A stretch of DNA of 20,000 nucleotides from positions 26,190,227 to 26,210,226 of the forward strand of contig NC_057719.1 of assembly GCF_004010195.1 (NCBI RefSeq), given 5' to 3'. Positions within the stretch are counted from its first letter, which is position 1; the number at the start of each line of letters is the position of its first letter. The translations under genes were made by a program, and so were the position numbers. This DNA comes from Chiloscyllium plagiosum (Eukaryota). The notes below the pieces were generated by a model. That model saw only the letters and a program-made list of their open reading frames with translations. It searched no databases and was not told the origin of the DNA. Shown one piece after another: positions 7,296 to 18,529 of the stretch.

Positions 7296-8028
7296 TCCAT
7301 GTAACTGCAGAAGGAACAAAATCTGCCCCTTCACCTCCTCCCTGCTCACCATCCAAGGTCCTAAACAATCTTTCCTAGTGAAGCAGCATTTCACCTGTAC
7401 CTACTCCAGTCTTGTGTATTGTATTTGCTGCACTTAATGTGGCCTACTCTACATTGGACAAAGCAAACGCAGACTGTGACTGCTTTGAGAAACACCTTTG
7501 GTCCACTAGCAAGTATGACCCTGACCTTCCCGTATAGTGTCCTGATCAACAGACAGTATGTCTGCACGCTCCAGCGAATCACAACTCATGCTGGAGGAGT
7601 AACGTCTCATCTTTAAACTCGGCAGTTTACAACCATCTGTGCTCAATATTGAGTTTAACACCTTCAAATTGTGAACTCATTTCTTCCCTTTCTTTCAGCT
7701 TTCCTTGTTACATTCTCTGTGACCCTCTCTCCCCTTCCCCCAACACCGTGAAACTGTCTGTTCTTTCCAGTCTGGTAGGTAGACACACCATTGTTCTGCC
7801 AATCTCACATACCGATCACTTAATCTGAATTGTCAACATCCTTTCTCCCCCAGCACTCCAACCCGCAACATCCCTCCCTCAACCATAGTATAACTGCTGC
7901 CCCCTCCACACTTCCTGTCAACTCTGATGAAGAGTCATCTAGATTCAGAACGTTAGCTTGCTCTCTCTCTCTCTCTATGGATGCTGTATGACCCGGTGTG
8001 ATCTCTAACATTTTTTTTTGTTTTCAGT
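7289..8028 (+). mobile_element. Penelope-like element 3' part: GIY-YIG endonuclease relic and terminal region
   Basis: Translation TFPCNCRRNKICPFTSS..IQGPKQSFLVKQHFTCTYSSLVYCICCT*CGLLYIGQSKRRL contains the VY...YIG motif. The terminal region carries a CTGATGA motif at 7923-7929. Confidence 0.9.
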
Positions 8029-8091
8029 GTAAAGGAAAGGTTTGTCTGTGTGTGAAAAAAAATTGCAGAACTGTCAATGGTATTTTCAATA

Positions 8092-8255
8092 AAAACTGAA
8101 ACAACTGCGGATACTGTAAATCAAAGACAAAAACAGAAATTGCTGGAAAAGAACTGTTCTTAGGAAGGGTCACTCAACCTAAAACATTAACTCTGATGTC
8201 TCTCCACAAATGCTACCAGACCTGCTGAGCTTTCCCAGCAGTTTCTAGTTTTGTC
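8092..8255. mobile_element. Short Penelope-derived element with inverted termini
   Basis: GACAAAAACAGAAATTGCTGGAAAAG (8126-8151) is an imperfect inverted repeat of CTTTCCCAGCAGTTTCTAGTTTTGTC (8230-8255). The interior resembles 12866-12961. Confidence 0.75.
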
Positions 8256-8974
8256 AATGATAATTTTATCTTGATAAAAGCACAACAGTATGAGCACTTT
8301 ACGCCTATTCAACAATGAACGAGAACTTAGCTAAAACATGGCATTAGCTCAGATTAATGAAAGTGAATGTAAAGCTGATGTTTGGAAGATATTTGTCATG
8401 CAGCAATGATGAACATTGGAATGGATTTTTTGATATGCTGGAGCAGGGTGTTATAGATAGGGGCAACGTAGGGAACTTATTTTATTTGTCTTGCCTCCTA
8501 TCCAGCCAGATTAAATTTCAAATGAACTGTGTATATTTCCCAATCTCCTGCCTGTGAAGTCAATTTTTAAAGTGACTCCTGGTATACACATTATTAGATC
8601 GACATGCCAATGAATCACTTCTGCTTACAGAAGCTGATGCCCTATACAAAGCTCAGCAGTGCCCACAGTGGAAGTTTGGAGAGAATGTTTCAGTTGAGGA
8701 CTTCAGTCGTGATTATTAGCACTTTTGCATGCATAATGGGTTTCAATACGTCTTCTTTGTTGTCAGTTCTGGTTCAAAATTGAAAGATCTGTGCCCTCAT
8801 TGTCTTACTATGCTTGCCGTATCATGGAATTATACGTATAAAAATTCCTCAAGAATGATGGGTTAGCATTCTACACTGGCTGTGCCTAGAACAGTACAGT
8901 ATCAACATGTGAATCATGTAATCTGGAGCAGCCACTTTAGTCCAGCAAAGTCCATTTTTTAAGTTATATAAGAA

Positions 8975-9886
8975 AGTAAATATGATCCTGAGGGAACTTG
9001 ACCAGGTGGATATTGAAAGCACTTTCCTCATAGAGTCATGGAAACCTACAGCATGGAAACAGACCCTTCGGTCCAACTAATCCATGCTGACCAAATCTCC
9101 TAAATTAATCTAGTCTCATTTTCCAGCAGTTAGCCCATATCCCTCTAAACCCTTCCTCTTCATATACCCATCCAGATGCCTTTTGAACATTGTAATTGTA
9201 CCAGCTTCCACCGCTTCCTCTGGCAGTTCATTCCATACATGCACCACCCTCTGTGAGAAAACATTGCCCCTTAGGTCCCTTTTAAACCTTTCCCCCCTCA
9301 CCTTAAACTGATGCCCTCTAGTTCTGGACTCCCCCACCCGAGGGAAAAGACCTTGTCTATTTACCCTATCCATGCCCCTCATGATTTTATAAACCTCTAT
9401 ATGGTTACCCTTCAGCCTTCAACGCTCCAGGGTAAACAGTCCCAGCCTTTTCAGCCTCTCCCAATAGCTCAAACCCTCCAACCCTGGAAACATCCTTGTA
9501 AATCTTTTCTGAGCCCTTTTAAGTTTCACAACATCCTTCCTACAGGAGGGAGACCAGAATTGCACGCAATATGTGGAAGAGTCTAGAACTAGTAGTCATA
9601 GTTTAAAAATAGGTGGACATCTATTGAAAATAGATGAGGAAACATTTTTTTTTCTGTCAGGGTATTGTGAGTCTTTGGAATTCCCTTCTTCAAAAAGATG
9701 TAGAATTTTTAAATATTTTTAAGGCAGGGGTAGAGAGGTTCTTGATTACCAAGAAATGGAAGATTATCAGACATATGCAGGAATGTAGAGTTACAGTTAA
9801 AATCAGATTAACCAAATCTTACTGAATGGCAGAGCAGACACGAAGGGCCGAGTGTCCCGCACTTGTTCCTTGTTTGTATATTCTTA
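8975..9886 (+). mobile_element. Old CR1 3' fragment, split by a younger opposite-strand CR1
   Basis: ATGATCCTGAGGGAACTTGACCAGGTGGAT..TTTCCTC (to 9029) continues as GTGGAAGAGTCTAGAACTAG.. (from 9573) through a GAATGGCAGAGCAGACACGAAGGGCCGA tail. Confidence 0.75.
9029..9572 (-). mobile_element. CR1/HER1 3' fragment
   Basis: ORF MRGMDRVNRQGLFPRVGESRTRGHQFKVRGERFKRDLRGNVFSQRVVHVWNELP plus a HER1-type tail. Confidence 0.95.
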
Positions 9887-10551
9887 AGTTTATATATATT
9901 TTTTAAAATCATGTCTCTAATGTCTTATTGACCTGACAGTAGGCAAACCTTAATGTTATTCAATAGCTAACCGGGTTGCACTAAGGGTCTGGTGACATTT
10001 TCGATCTATATCTGATCTTGTGATCTGCTTACTAAATAGTAATTCTGATCTACCTATTTTTCAACAGGCAATCCTTTTTCCTTTAACTAGTCCCACTGGG
10101 CATGAGAATCTCAGTAGTCACTTTGCTGGATCCGACTGATTTGGACGAGCTGTGAAAATCTCTTTGCCAGCTCTCCCCCATCTCTGCTTATCGTGACACC
10201 ATGTATTCCTGGTTTCACTGTCAATACAGCTGGTCATGTCTTCTGCTGCGTGGGTTTGTTACTACAACATTTTGTATTTTTCCTCAAGCAAACATATCTG
10301 CATTGATATTGATGTCTATTTCTCCAAAACAGGAAATGTGACATTACTACTATTCTGTTTCACACAGCTGGTGCACGCAAACATTATCAGATATCATGCC
10401 ATTAATTTTTTCATCTGTTAATTTAAAATGACCATTTAAACAATCAACAAATTTCAGATTTGCAAGATACAAATACAACAGATTTCTTCATCACTGGGCA
10501 ACATTTTTTGAAATAACTTATGAATAGAGTTTTCTCTGGAAACAATTGACA

Positions 10552-11288
10552 CTTTTTGTCATTTACATAAATGATTTGGATGCGAGCATAAGAGGTACAG
10601 TAGTAAGTTTGCAGACGACACCAAAATTGGAGGTGTAGTGGACAGCGAAGAGGGTTACCTCAGATTACAACAGGATCTTGATCAGATGGACCAATGGGCT
10701 GAGAAGTGGCAAATGGTGTTTAATTCAGATAAATGCGAGGTGCTGCATTTTGGAAAAGCAAATCTTAGCACGACTTTTACACTTAATGGTAAGGTCCTAG
10801 GGAGTGTTGCTGAACAAAGAGACCTTGGAGTGCAGGTTCATAGCTCCTTGAAAGTGGAGTCGCAGGTAGATAGAATAGTGAAGAAGGCGTTTGGTTTGCT
10901 TTCCTTTATTGGTCAGAGTATTGAGTACAGGAGTTGGGNNNNNNNNNNNNNNNNNNNNNNNNNNNNNNNNNNNNGGGAGTCCAGAACTAGAGGGCATAGG
11001 TTTAGGGTGAGAGGGGAAAGATATAAAAGAGACCTGAGGGGCAACTTTTTCACGCAGAGGGTGGTACGTGTAAAGAATGAGCTGCCAGAGGAAGTGGTGG
11101 AGGCTGGTACAATTGCAACATTTGAGAGGCATTTGAATGGATATATGAATAGGAAGGGTTTGGAGGGATATGGGCTGGGTGCTGGCAGGTGGGACTAGGT
11201 TGAGTTGGGATATCTGGTCGGCATGGACAGGTTGGATCGAAGGGTCTGTTTCCATGCTGTACATCTCTCTGACCCTGTGACTCTATGA
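10552..11288 (+). mobile_element. CR1/HER1 3' fragment (RT FADD region to tail)
   Basis: LFVIYINDLD../SKFADDTKIGGVVDSEEGYLRLQQDLDQ..WQMVFNSDKCEVLHFG..RDLGVQV, ending in a GACTCTATGA tail. Confidence 0.96.
10939..10974. other. Assembly gap (36 N)
   Basis: Run of N. Confidence 1.
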
Positions 11289-11440
11289 CACTCTGCCTGA
11301 AATTGTGTGGATTGTTGAATTGCTTGGAGTCTGCAACATTTAATTTCTCTTTGATAGGTACTCATCTTGGTCTCAGCCTTATTAACAATGGAGCCACTGA
11401 TAAGTTATTTTCCAACTATTAGGAGGTTAGGTGAGGAGTT

Positions 11441-11750
11441 TTAGATTAGATTCCCTACAGTGTGGAAACAGGCCCTTTCGCCCAACCAGTCTACACTGAC
11501 CCTCCGAAGAGTAACCCACCCAGACCCATTTCCCTCTGACTAATGCACCTAACATTATGGGCAATTTAGTATGGCCAATTCACCTGCACATCATTGAACT
11601 GTGGAAGGAAACCAGAACACCCAGAGGAGACCCACACAGACACGGGAAGAACGTGCAAACACCACACAGACAGTTACCCAAGGCTGGGGTCGAACCTGGG
11701 ACTCTGGTGCTCTGAGGCAGCAGTACTAACCACTGAGCCACTGTGCCACC
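11441..11750 (-). mobile_element. HE1-type SINE
   Basis: Reverse complement starts GGTGGCACAGTGGCTCAGTGGTTAGTACTGCTGCCTCAGAGCACCAGAGTCCCAGGTTCGACCCC and ends CCACACTGTAGGGAATCTAATCTAA. Confidence 0.93.
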
Positions 11751-12289
11751 AGGGTGTTTGCCTAGTTTTCCATAGATATGTCCCTGCACTATTCTTTAAG
11801 GCCACGTGTTCGGAATTCTATTTATTAGGTTAAGAAGTTGCTCCTAAATACTCTATTTAATTCATTTATGACTAATATTTATGATATCTGGATTTGGATT
11901 TGTCAATAACAGCTGCTATATGATAGCCAGCCACCCGGCTTATAGCTAGGCTTGCCTCATGCCTAAGAAAACCTCTTCAAAGACTAGTTCTGAAAGAAAC
12001 CTGGCCTAGATTTTCTGAGGAGTGCAATCTCATGCAGAATGCCTCTGCGCTTTTTTTTAATGTGAAATGAAACAGCTTTTCTGACAGAAAATTCCAATCA
12101 GGGTTCCTTCAGAAATGCAGACTCGTACATCCATTCCAACAAGTCTCTCATAGCATCAAGGAGTCTGGGAAGAGAAACCTCCTTTTTCACAGCAGCCGGT
12201 TGATGTACTTTGAAACTTGAAGTTCCAGTATCACAGATAGCCACATGGAAAGCTTCTGTGGAAGGGTAAATACATTAGATAAGCATGCT

Positions 12290-12865
12290 ATTAGGGTGCC
12301 AGGAGGGTATGTTATCAAGTGTGTATGGATGTAGATGCCAGGTAGGTCAGGTGCCAGTAAGGAGACAACCAAGAGTACGGTGTAGCATGCCAATGAGTAG
12401 GGCATGGGTTAAGTCCTGGGAGTGGTAGGGCGGTGAGAGGGGAAGGGATGCAGAGGGGTTAAAGGCATCAAAGAGGTAGAAAATACCCAGCCAGGAATAG
12501 ATTGCCAGGTGGTTAAATTGTAGGGTGCCAGGTGAGTAGGGTGCCAGATGAGTTATGTCCCAAGACACAAGGTGACAAGGTGTCCAGGTAGGATTGGGGT
12601 GATTGGAGTGACAGGGTAGTGTTGGGTGTGTCGGACATATCAGTCTTGTTGGGAGCAGAGGATGGTGTCTGGTCTGGTTGGGGTTCAGATCCAGCAACGG
12701 GCAGGAGTTTGGGGTCCAGCAACAAGGGTGGAAATGGGGGAGGGGGTGGGGGTGGGTAGAGTGAGGTGGTATGGTGACTGGTCTTGAGCGGATCTGGAGG
12801 AGAGGGGTTGTGTCGGATTCTGAATGGGGAAAATCATGTTGAGACTGGCAAGGGGATGGGAGGAG
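12290..12865. repeat. G-rich, strand-asymmetric segment with a dispersed TGCCAG motif (unclassified)
   Basis: TGCCAG recurs near 12297, 12336, 12352, 12503, 12526 and 12542, and G-runs are dense at about 12736-12757. Confidence 0.45.
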
Positions 12866-12961
12866 TGTTCTGAAGAATGGCCACTGGACCAAAATGTTAA
12901 CTCTGTTTCTCTCTTCACAGGTGCTGTCTGACTGCTGAGCTTCTCCAGCAAATTTTGTTTT
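12866..12961 (+). mobile_element. Penelope-like terminal fragment
   Basis: TTCTGAAGAATGGCCACTGGACCAAAATGTTAACTCTG..CTGCTGAGCTTCTCCAGCAAATTTTGTTTT resembles 8157-8255. Confidence 0.75.
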
Positions 12962-13159
12962 AAAGTCTCTTTTTACCTGCATAGCTATTTAATTAACTGC
13001 AGCAGAACCCTTCAAGTTCTCTGGTTTAAATTGAGACTGGGTAGAGATTGAGAGCAGGATTTCTACCTCAGAATGGGGCCAGAAATGGAAGTGAACACAC
13101 GTCACTTTGTGGCACTAGCTGGTGTGATAACACCACACCATCCCTTGCACCATCGTCCC

Positions 13160-13512
13160 AGTTTATAAAATATGAGGAGTACAGATAGAGTTAATGGTCG
13201 TTGTCTTTTCCCTAGGATGGGGGATTCAAGACTAGGGAGCACCTTTTTAAGGTGAAAGGCAAAGAGATTTTAAAAAGACACGAGGGTACACTGTTTACAC
13301 AGAGGGTGATTCGCGTGTGGCGTGAACTTCCTGAGGAAGTGGTGGATATGGGTACGATTGCAACATTTGGATGGATACATGAATAGGAAAGGTTTGAAAG
13401 GATATGGCCTGGAGCAGGTAGGTGGGACTAGTTTAGTTTGGGATTATGTTCAGCATGGACTGGTTGGACTGAAGGGTCTGTTCCTGTGTTGTATGACTAT
13501 ATGGCTCTATGA
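13160..13512 (+). mobile_element. CR1/HER1 3' fragment
   Basis: GTTTATAAAATATGAGGAG..AAGACTAGGGAGCAC..ACACAGAGGGTGATTCGCGTGTGG..GGACTGAAGGGTCTGTT..GGCTCTATGA matches other copies. Confidence 0.9.
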
Positions 13513-14019
13513 TGGAGCAGATTAAAGGGTTTGAATGGTTTAATTGTGCTCCTATTTGTATGTTTAGAAAAGCACTGTTAGGATCCATATGTGCTTATAT
13601 ACTGTCTCCTAGACTAGCAATTACCCCTAATGGGTTAGGCTTACATTTATTCATCGTCAGTTGATAGAAATCTGGAGGTATATTTCATTTGGATTTAAGT
13701 TATATTTCTAATAAGTCAACTATCCCATTACTAAAAGCACAGAATCTTAGAGGTAAATTTATGTTGTGTCTTGGACTACACGTTACAAATAATTAATAGG
13801 CCTTGTGCATAGTAATTATAATTCACAGGACAGGCTGAAGCATGTTAGCTTTTAAAAATCCAAATACTTCAAAAAAACGTAAACATCAAAGTACTGGGTT
13901 GGTGTCAGTTTCCGACTACTATCTGGAGACAGGTTATTACTGTACACAAGAAATTGGATAATTTCATGATTAGCAGCAACTTAAAGTTCCAAACCAGCAG
14001 CTAGACTGCTATTTCAAGA

Positions 14020-14312
14020 AAATTGGAATGAGGATAAGACATTCAGCCTCTTAAGTTTGTTCTGCTATTCAGTTACATTAAGCCTAATTTGTACATCAAC
14101 TTCATTTATCTGTCTTCCAAGCATATCTCTTTGTAGTCTTACCTCACATAAATCAATAAAGTTCAGTCTTGAAATTTCCAATTGACTAATTTGGCCTTTG
14201 GTGAAGAGAATTCAAGATTTTCACAATTCTTTGTGCAATAAAGTGCTTTCTGATTTCATTTCTAAATTATTTAGCTCTAATTTTAACATTATGCCCTCTT
14301 AATCTGGACTCG
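14020..14312 (-). mobile_element. Highly diverged CR1 3' fragment
   Basis: Remnants such as ATGCCCTCTTAATCTGGACTC (reverse of the SRTRGH region) and a tail-like CATTCAGCCTCTTAAG..TCTGCTATTCAG. Confidence 0.55.
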
Positions 14313-14537
14313 ACATTTCATTATAGGAGGTTCAACATCACAAATGGAACACAGGTGCGACCTGAACAAAGCTCCATACAACTTAAGTATCACTCTCTCA
14401 TATTTAAATTTCAATCCCACCCCATGCTCAATGAGAAAAAGACAAATATTCCATTCACATCTTTGACTACATTTCCTTGTCCACTAATGTGGAGTGACAT
14501 TTTGCATCCTAACATAGTGTAACTTGTAAGGTTGGAT

Positions 14538-14612
14538 ACTCAGAGGTTATTTGGGTGGAACTGAGAAATAAGAAAGGGATGATCACCTTATTGGGATTGT
14601 ATTATAGTCCAA
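14538..14612 (+). mobile_element. Isolated CR1 APE-endonuclease fragment
   Basis: Translation SEVIWVELRNKKGMITLLGLYYSP matches the CR1 ORF2 endonuclease motif E.IWVEL.......L.G.YYRPP. Confidence 0.8.
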
Positions 14613-15070
14613 GAGAATGCTGCTTTGATCCCCACACTGTCTTGCAGCTCAGTCCATGACTAGCCCACTTCATAAGGTTACCTCCAATTCCATGCAGTCT
14701 AACCTTTGTTAATAATTTTTCAAAAGTTGTTTTCAATATTTTTAAGGTCAAACTATTTACATGTGATAGATTGACTTGATGATTAAAAATGCATATTTTT
14801 ATGATAAATTATTTTCCATTCTTAACTGTGTTAAACAGCAGATTTTTAAAAGCAAAATTGTCAAAACAAATGTCACATAATGTACCATTTATGTTGGTTC
14901 ATGCCAGATTTAGCTTTAATTGATGTGCAACTGAGTTTGAGTGGAAAATAAGTGTGGGGCAATGTTAATGAGGGAATGCAATTCTCAAAACTCATGGACG
15001 TTTTGGTACAATTTGTACCTGGATTGCCGAATATGCTCAAAGCAAAATCTCCACTCCACTTCGCGGTATG

Positions 15071-15132
15071 GAGAGTGTGTTGCTGGAAAAGCACAACAGG
15101 TCAGGCAGCATCCAAGGAGTAGGAGAATTGAC
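15071..15132 (-). mobile_element. Penelope-like terminal fragment
   Basis: AGAGTGTGTTGCTGGAAAAGCACAACAGGTCAGGCAGCATCCAAGGAGTAGGAGAATTGA closely resembles 18318-18378. Confidence 0.75.
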
Positions 15133-15505
15133 TCAATTGCATTCACATATTTGATACATCTGGATGTAGGTCTGAGAAATTAAACTGTATGAATAATAAT
15201 AGGGCTTTCAATTTCTGTTCATTGAAACACTAATAAAATGCTTCTTAAAATCACAGTATTGATTATATATCACTATGATTTACTATGAATGCAAGATCTT
15301 GAAGCTTTCAGTTCATAGCAGAAGTAAAACAAGTCAAGACAGACATTTGGATTATACACTTTGGAATATATAAGGAGAAGGGGTTTGCAATAAATTTATG
15401 GATTTTATTATTGATTGAGCAGTTTCAGTTTGTGTACACATGTTGTAAAAATAATCTTAAATTAAGAAATGGTATAGTGCTTTATTATGGTAGGCAAGCA
15501 CTGAT

Positions 15506-16250
15506 TATAGAACATAGAATATAGAAGAATACAGCGCAGCACAGGCCCTTTGGCCCTCGATGTTGCGCCGATCCAAGCCCACCTAACCTACACTAGCCCA
15601 CTATCCTCCATATGCCTATCCAATGCCCGCTTAAATGCCCATAAAGAGGGAGTGTCCGCCACTGCTACTGGCAGAGCATTCCATGAACTCACGACTCGCC
15701 GAGTAAAGAACCTACCCCTAACATCTGTCCTATACCTACCACCCCTTAATTTAAAGCTATGCCCCCTCGTAATAGCTGACTCCATACGTGGAAAAAGGTT
15801 CTCACGGTCAACCCTATCTAAACCCCTAATCATCTTATACACCTCTATCAAGTCACCCCTAAACCTTCTTTTCTCCAATGAAAACAACCCCAAGTGCCTC
15901 AGCCTTTCCTCATACGATCTTCCTACCATACCAGGCAACATCCTGGTAAACCTCCTCTGCACCCATTCCCGTGCCTTCACATCCTTCCTTTAGTATGGCG
16001 ACCAAAACTACACACAATACTCCAGATGCGGCCGCACCAGAGTCTTATACAACTGCAACATGATCTCAGGACTCCGGAACTCAATTCCTCTACCAATAAA
16101 AGCCAGTACGCCATATGCCTTCTTCACCGCACTATTTATCTGGGTGGCAACTTTCCAAGATCTGTGTACATGGACACCAAGATCCCTCTGCTCATCCACA
16201 CTACCCAGTATCCGACCATTAGCCCAATACCCCATTTTTTTGTTACTCTT
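15506..16250 (-). mobile_element. Young CR1/HER1 3' fragment
   Basis: One frame reads [66 protein letters not shown]..WNALP, with two in-frame stops. The tail is (TTCTATG/A)n on the minus strand and CpGs are retained. Confidence 0.96.
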
Positions 16251-16738
16251 TATAAATTTTAAATTATAAATTTTACTAAAAATTAGCCATAGACTGCAAA
16301 GGTACCTCTCACCATTAGCAAGACATTTGGTTATATGTACCTTAAGGGCACCATTATGCAAGCATGGGGCATGGTGAAGAGGCAATTGCCACAGCTGGTA
16401 CACAGATTAAAACCAATACTGGCATTATTCTGCATCATGCTTCAACCAACTAATATAACCAAAAACAGTTAATGCAACTCATTTTGGGAGTGATTTTCTT
16501 TTCCACTTTTGATGCACAAGATACTTATTTCTCATTTGAAACATCTTTATTCAGTACTTGGTGAAGGTATTGTAGATATTAGTGGGATAGGTTATTAACA
16601 AGGCATTGTGTTTTTTTAATAAATTTTCTGAATTAACTTTTACATTTTCTAGCTAATTATATATTAAGATACAGTGCTACTGTATATCTTTACAATGTAT
16701 TTATTTCTAATTTGTCTTAAATTTGCCATTATGAAGTA

Positions 16739-16872
16739 TTGTGGGACAAGGGGTAGCATCTCCGTCTCTGGCCAAGAAGCTCCAAGAAGCTTCATGTCCC
16801 AGTTCAGAACTTGACCGCTATGTAAGATGCCTTCATGATATGGCTGAACAGGTGAATTATCAACCTGACAAC
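16739..16872 (+). mobile_element. Diverged tRNA-derived SINE-like fragment of a different family
   Basis: TGTGGGACAAGGGGTAGCATCTCCGTCTCTGGCCAAGAAG resembles a degenerate A-box head, followed by GAACAGGTGAATTATCAACCTG. Assigned from pattern recall only. Confidence 0.4.
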
Positions 16873-16887
16873 CTGGGGAAGAAGCTC

Positions 16888-17705
16888 TTAGGTTTCAGGA
16901 GAATACAAATGGATTGGTCAAATATGCAGATCAGTGGCAGATGGAATATTAACCTCATAAATGTGAGGTGATGCACTTTGGAAGCAGTGAGAAGACAAGG
17001 ATGTACTCAATGAATAGCAGGGCACTAGGAAGCTCAGAGGAACAAAAGAACCTGGGATGCTTGTACAAAGATCCTTGAAGGTGGCTGGATAGTGTAAAAG
17101 ATAAGTAAAGAATACAAGGGAGGTATTTGTCTTTAACAGACGTGGCAAAAAATTAGAAGAGCCAGGAGGTTATGTTGGAACTGCACATGATATTGGTCAG
17201 GCTACAGCTGGAGTAATGTGTGCAGCTCTGGTCACCACACTATAGGAACAATGTGAGTGCAGAGGCAATTCACCAGAATATTGCCTGGGATGAGCATTTA
17301 AATTATGAAGTGAGACTGAATAAGGTCAGTTGTAGATCAGAGAAGGCTGACAGGGGACCTGATTAAGGTGTATAAAATTACAAAGTGCTTGGAAAGGGTG
17401 GATGGCAAGTAGCTGTTCCCCTTAGTTGATGGGTCAATAACAAGGGGGGATAGGGTTATGGTGAAAGGCAGAAGGTTTAGAGGCAATTTGCAGAAAAACC
17501 TTTCACCCAGAGGTAATCATCTGGAATACACTGTCTGGGAGGTTGTTGAGGCAGAAAACCTCACAAAGTATTTGAAAGAGCATTTTAAATGTCATAACAT
17601 CCAAAACAATAGGCCAAGTACTAGAAAATGGCCTACTGTAGATTTAGAGTAGTTTTTGTCGGTGTAGACTCGATAGACTGAAGGGCCTCTTCTGTACTCT
17701 GTGAG
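16888..17705 (+). mobile_element. Old CR1 3' fragment
   Basis: TGGCAGATGGAATATTAAC..AAATGTGAGGTGATGCACTTTGG (WQMEFN..KCEVMHFG), CAGCTGGAGTAATGTGTGCAG..TGGTCACC (LEYCVQ.WSP) and a GACTGAAGGGCCT tail. Confidence 0.88.
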
Positions 17706-18317
17706 CCTTCCTTATGCCAGTGGCAAGCAGTAAGAGAGGGAGAGTTGCCTGGTCAGTGAGAACGATGTGGCAGCTGTAGCACAGCAGCCTCCCCATGTTC
17801 AGAGTGTCCACACCTCAGTTACTGACACAGGCTATACTCTATGGCAAGGTTTCTACTCATTTCAAGGATCGCCAGTTTCTAAAAGTTTCTCATTACGAAG
17901 ATATGTTTAATATAGTGGGCAAAAAGCATGACTTCAGGTACTTAGAAACATTACTCAAGGCATTTGACCAAAGTAGTTGAAATTTTGAACCACTTTTAAG
18001 CATTTAATTCTTAATACTTTGAACTTAACACCATCAATAGGAAACTAATGGGATCAGATCAGTTGGTTTTACATCAAGCTGATCTTATTTGGTACATAGC
18101 TGGGGCTTAAAAAATGATGGGCTGAATATTACTTTTTTTGGCTAAATCCAAGTCGCTTCAAGTATTTTTGAGGAATTGTCAATGTGAGGCCAAGCGAATT
18201 CTCTCATCATATCTTAAATGTGACTCATTGATTGTCTACCTCATCCTTCCAGTGTCCATTCCTTGTGGTTTACGGCCCATCCCCCTGTGCATGAAAGCTG
18301 GTCACTCAGTGGTATCT

Positions 18318-18410
18318 AGAGTGCGTTGCTGGAAAAGCACAGCAAGTCAGGCAGCATCTGAGGAGTAGGAGAATCGATGTTTCACACCAGAGCCCCTCAT
18401 CAGGATTCCT
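18318..18410 (-). mobile_element. Penelope-like terminal fragment with a degenerate minimal hammerhead ribozyme motif
   Basis: Minus strand 18408-18371 reads GAATC-CTGATGA-GGGGCTCTGGTGT-GAAA-CATC-GATTC. Confidence 0.75.
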
Positions 18411-18529
18411 CACTTTTGCCACTCAATGTTATCTGCCCAAAGAACACCCATGTTTAAAGCTTAGCAGGGCACCTGGACAAGTATTGACATTCTGAATCTG
18501 CCCTGCTGGTTCATGGACATGACCACAAA

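Noticed and set aside
8620..8780. Possible host exon after CTTCTGCTTACAG
   Set aside because: No recognisable protein in the frames I translated and no convincing splice donor. A short exon cannot be excluded without RNA data.
10050..10430. Non-repetitive-looking stretch with an acceptor-like TTTTTCAACAG
   Set aside because: All three plus frames stop soon after the AG and nothing recognisable appears on the minus strand.
12347..12982. 211-aa Pro/His-rich ORF on the minus strand
   Set aside because: It is a by-product of the C-rich strand of a G-skewed segment, starts inside a Penelope terminal fragment, and shows no domain.
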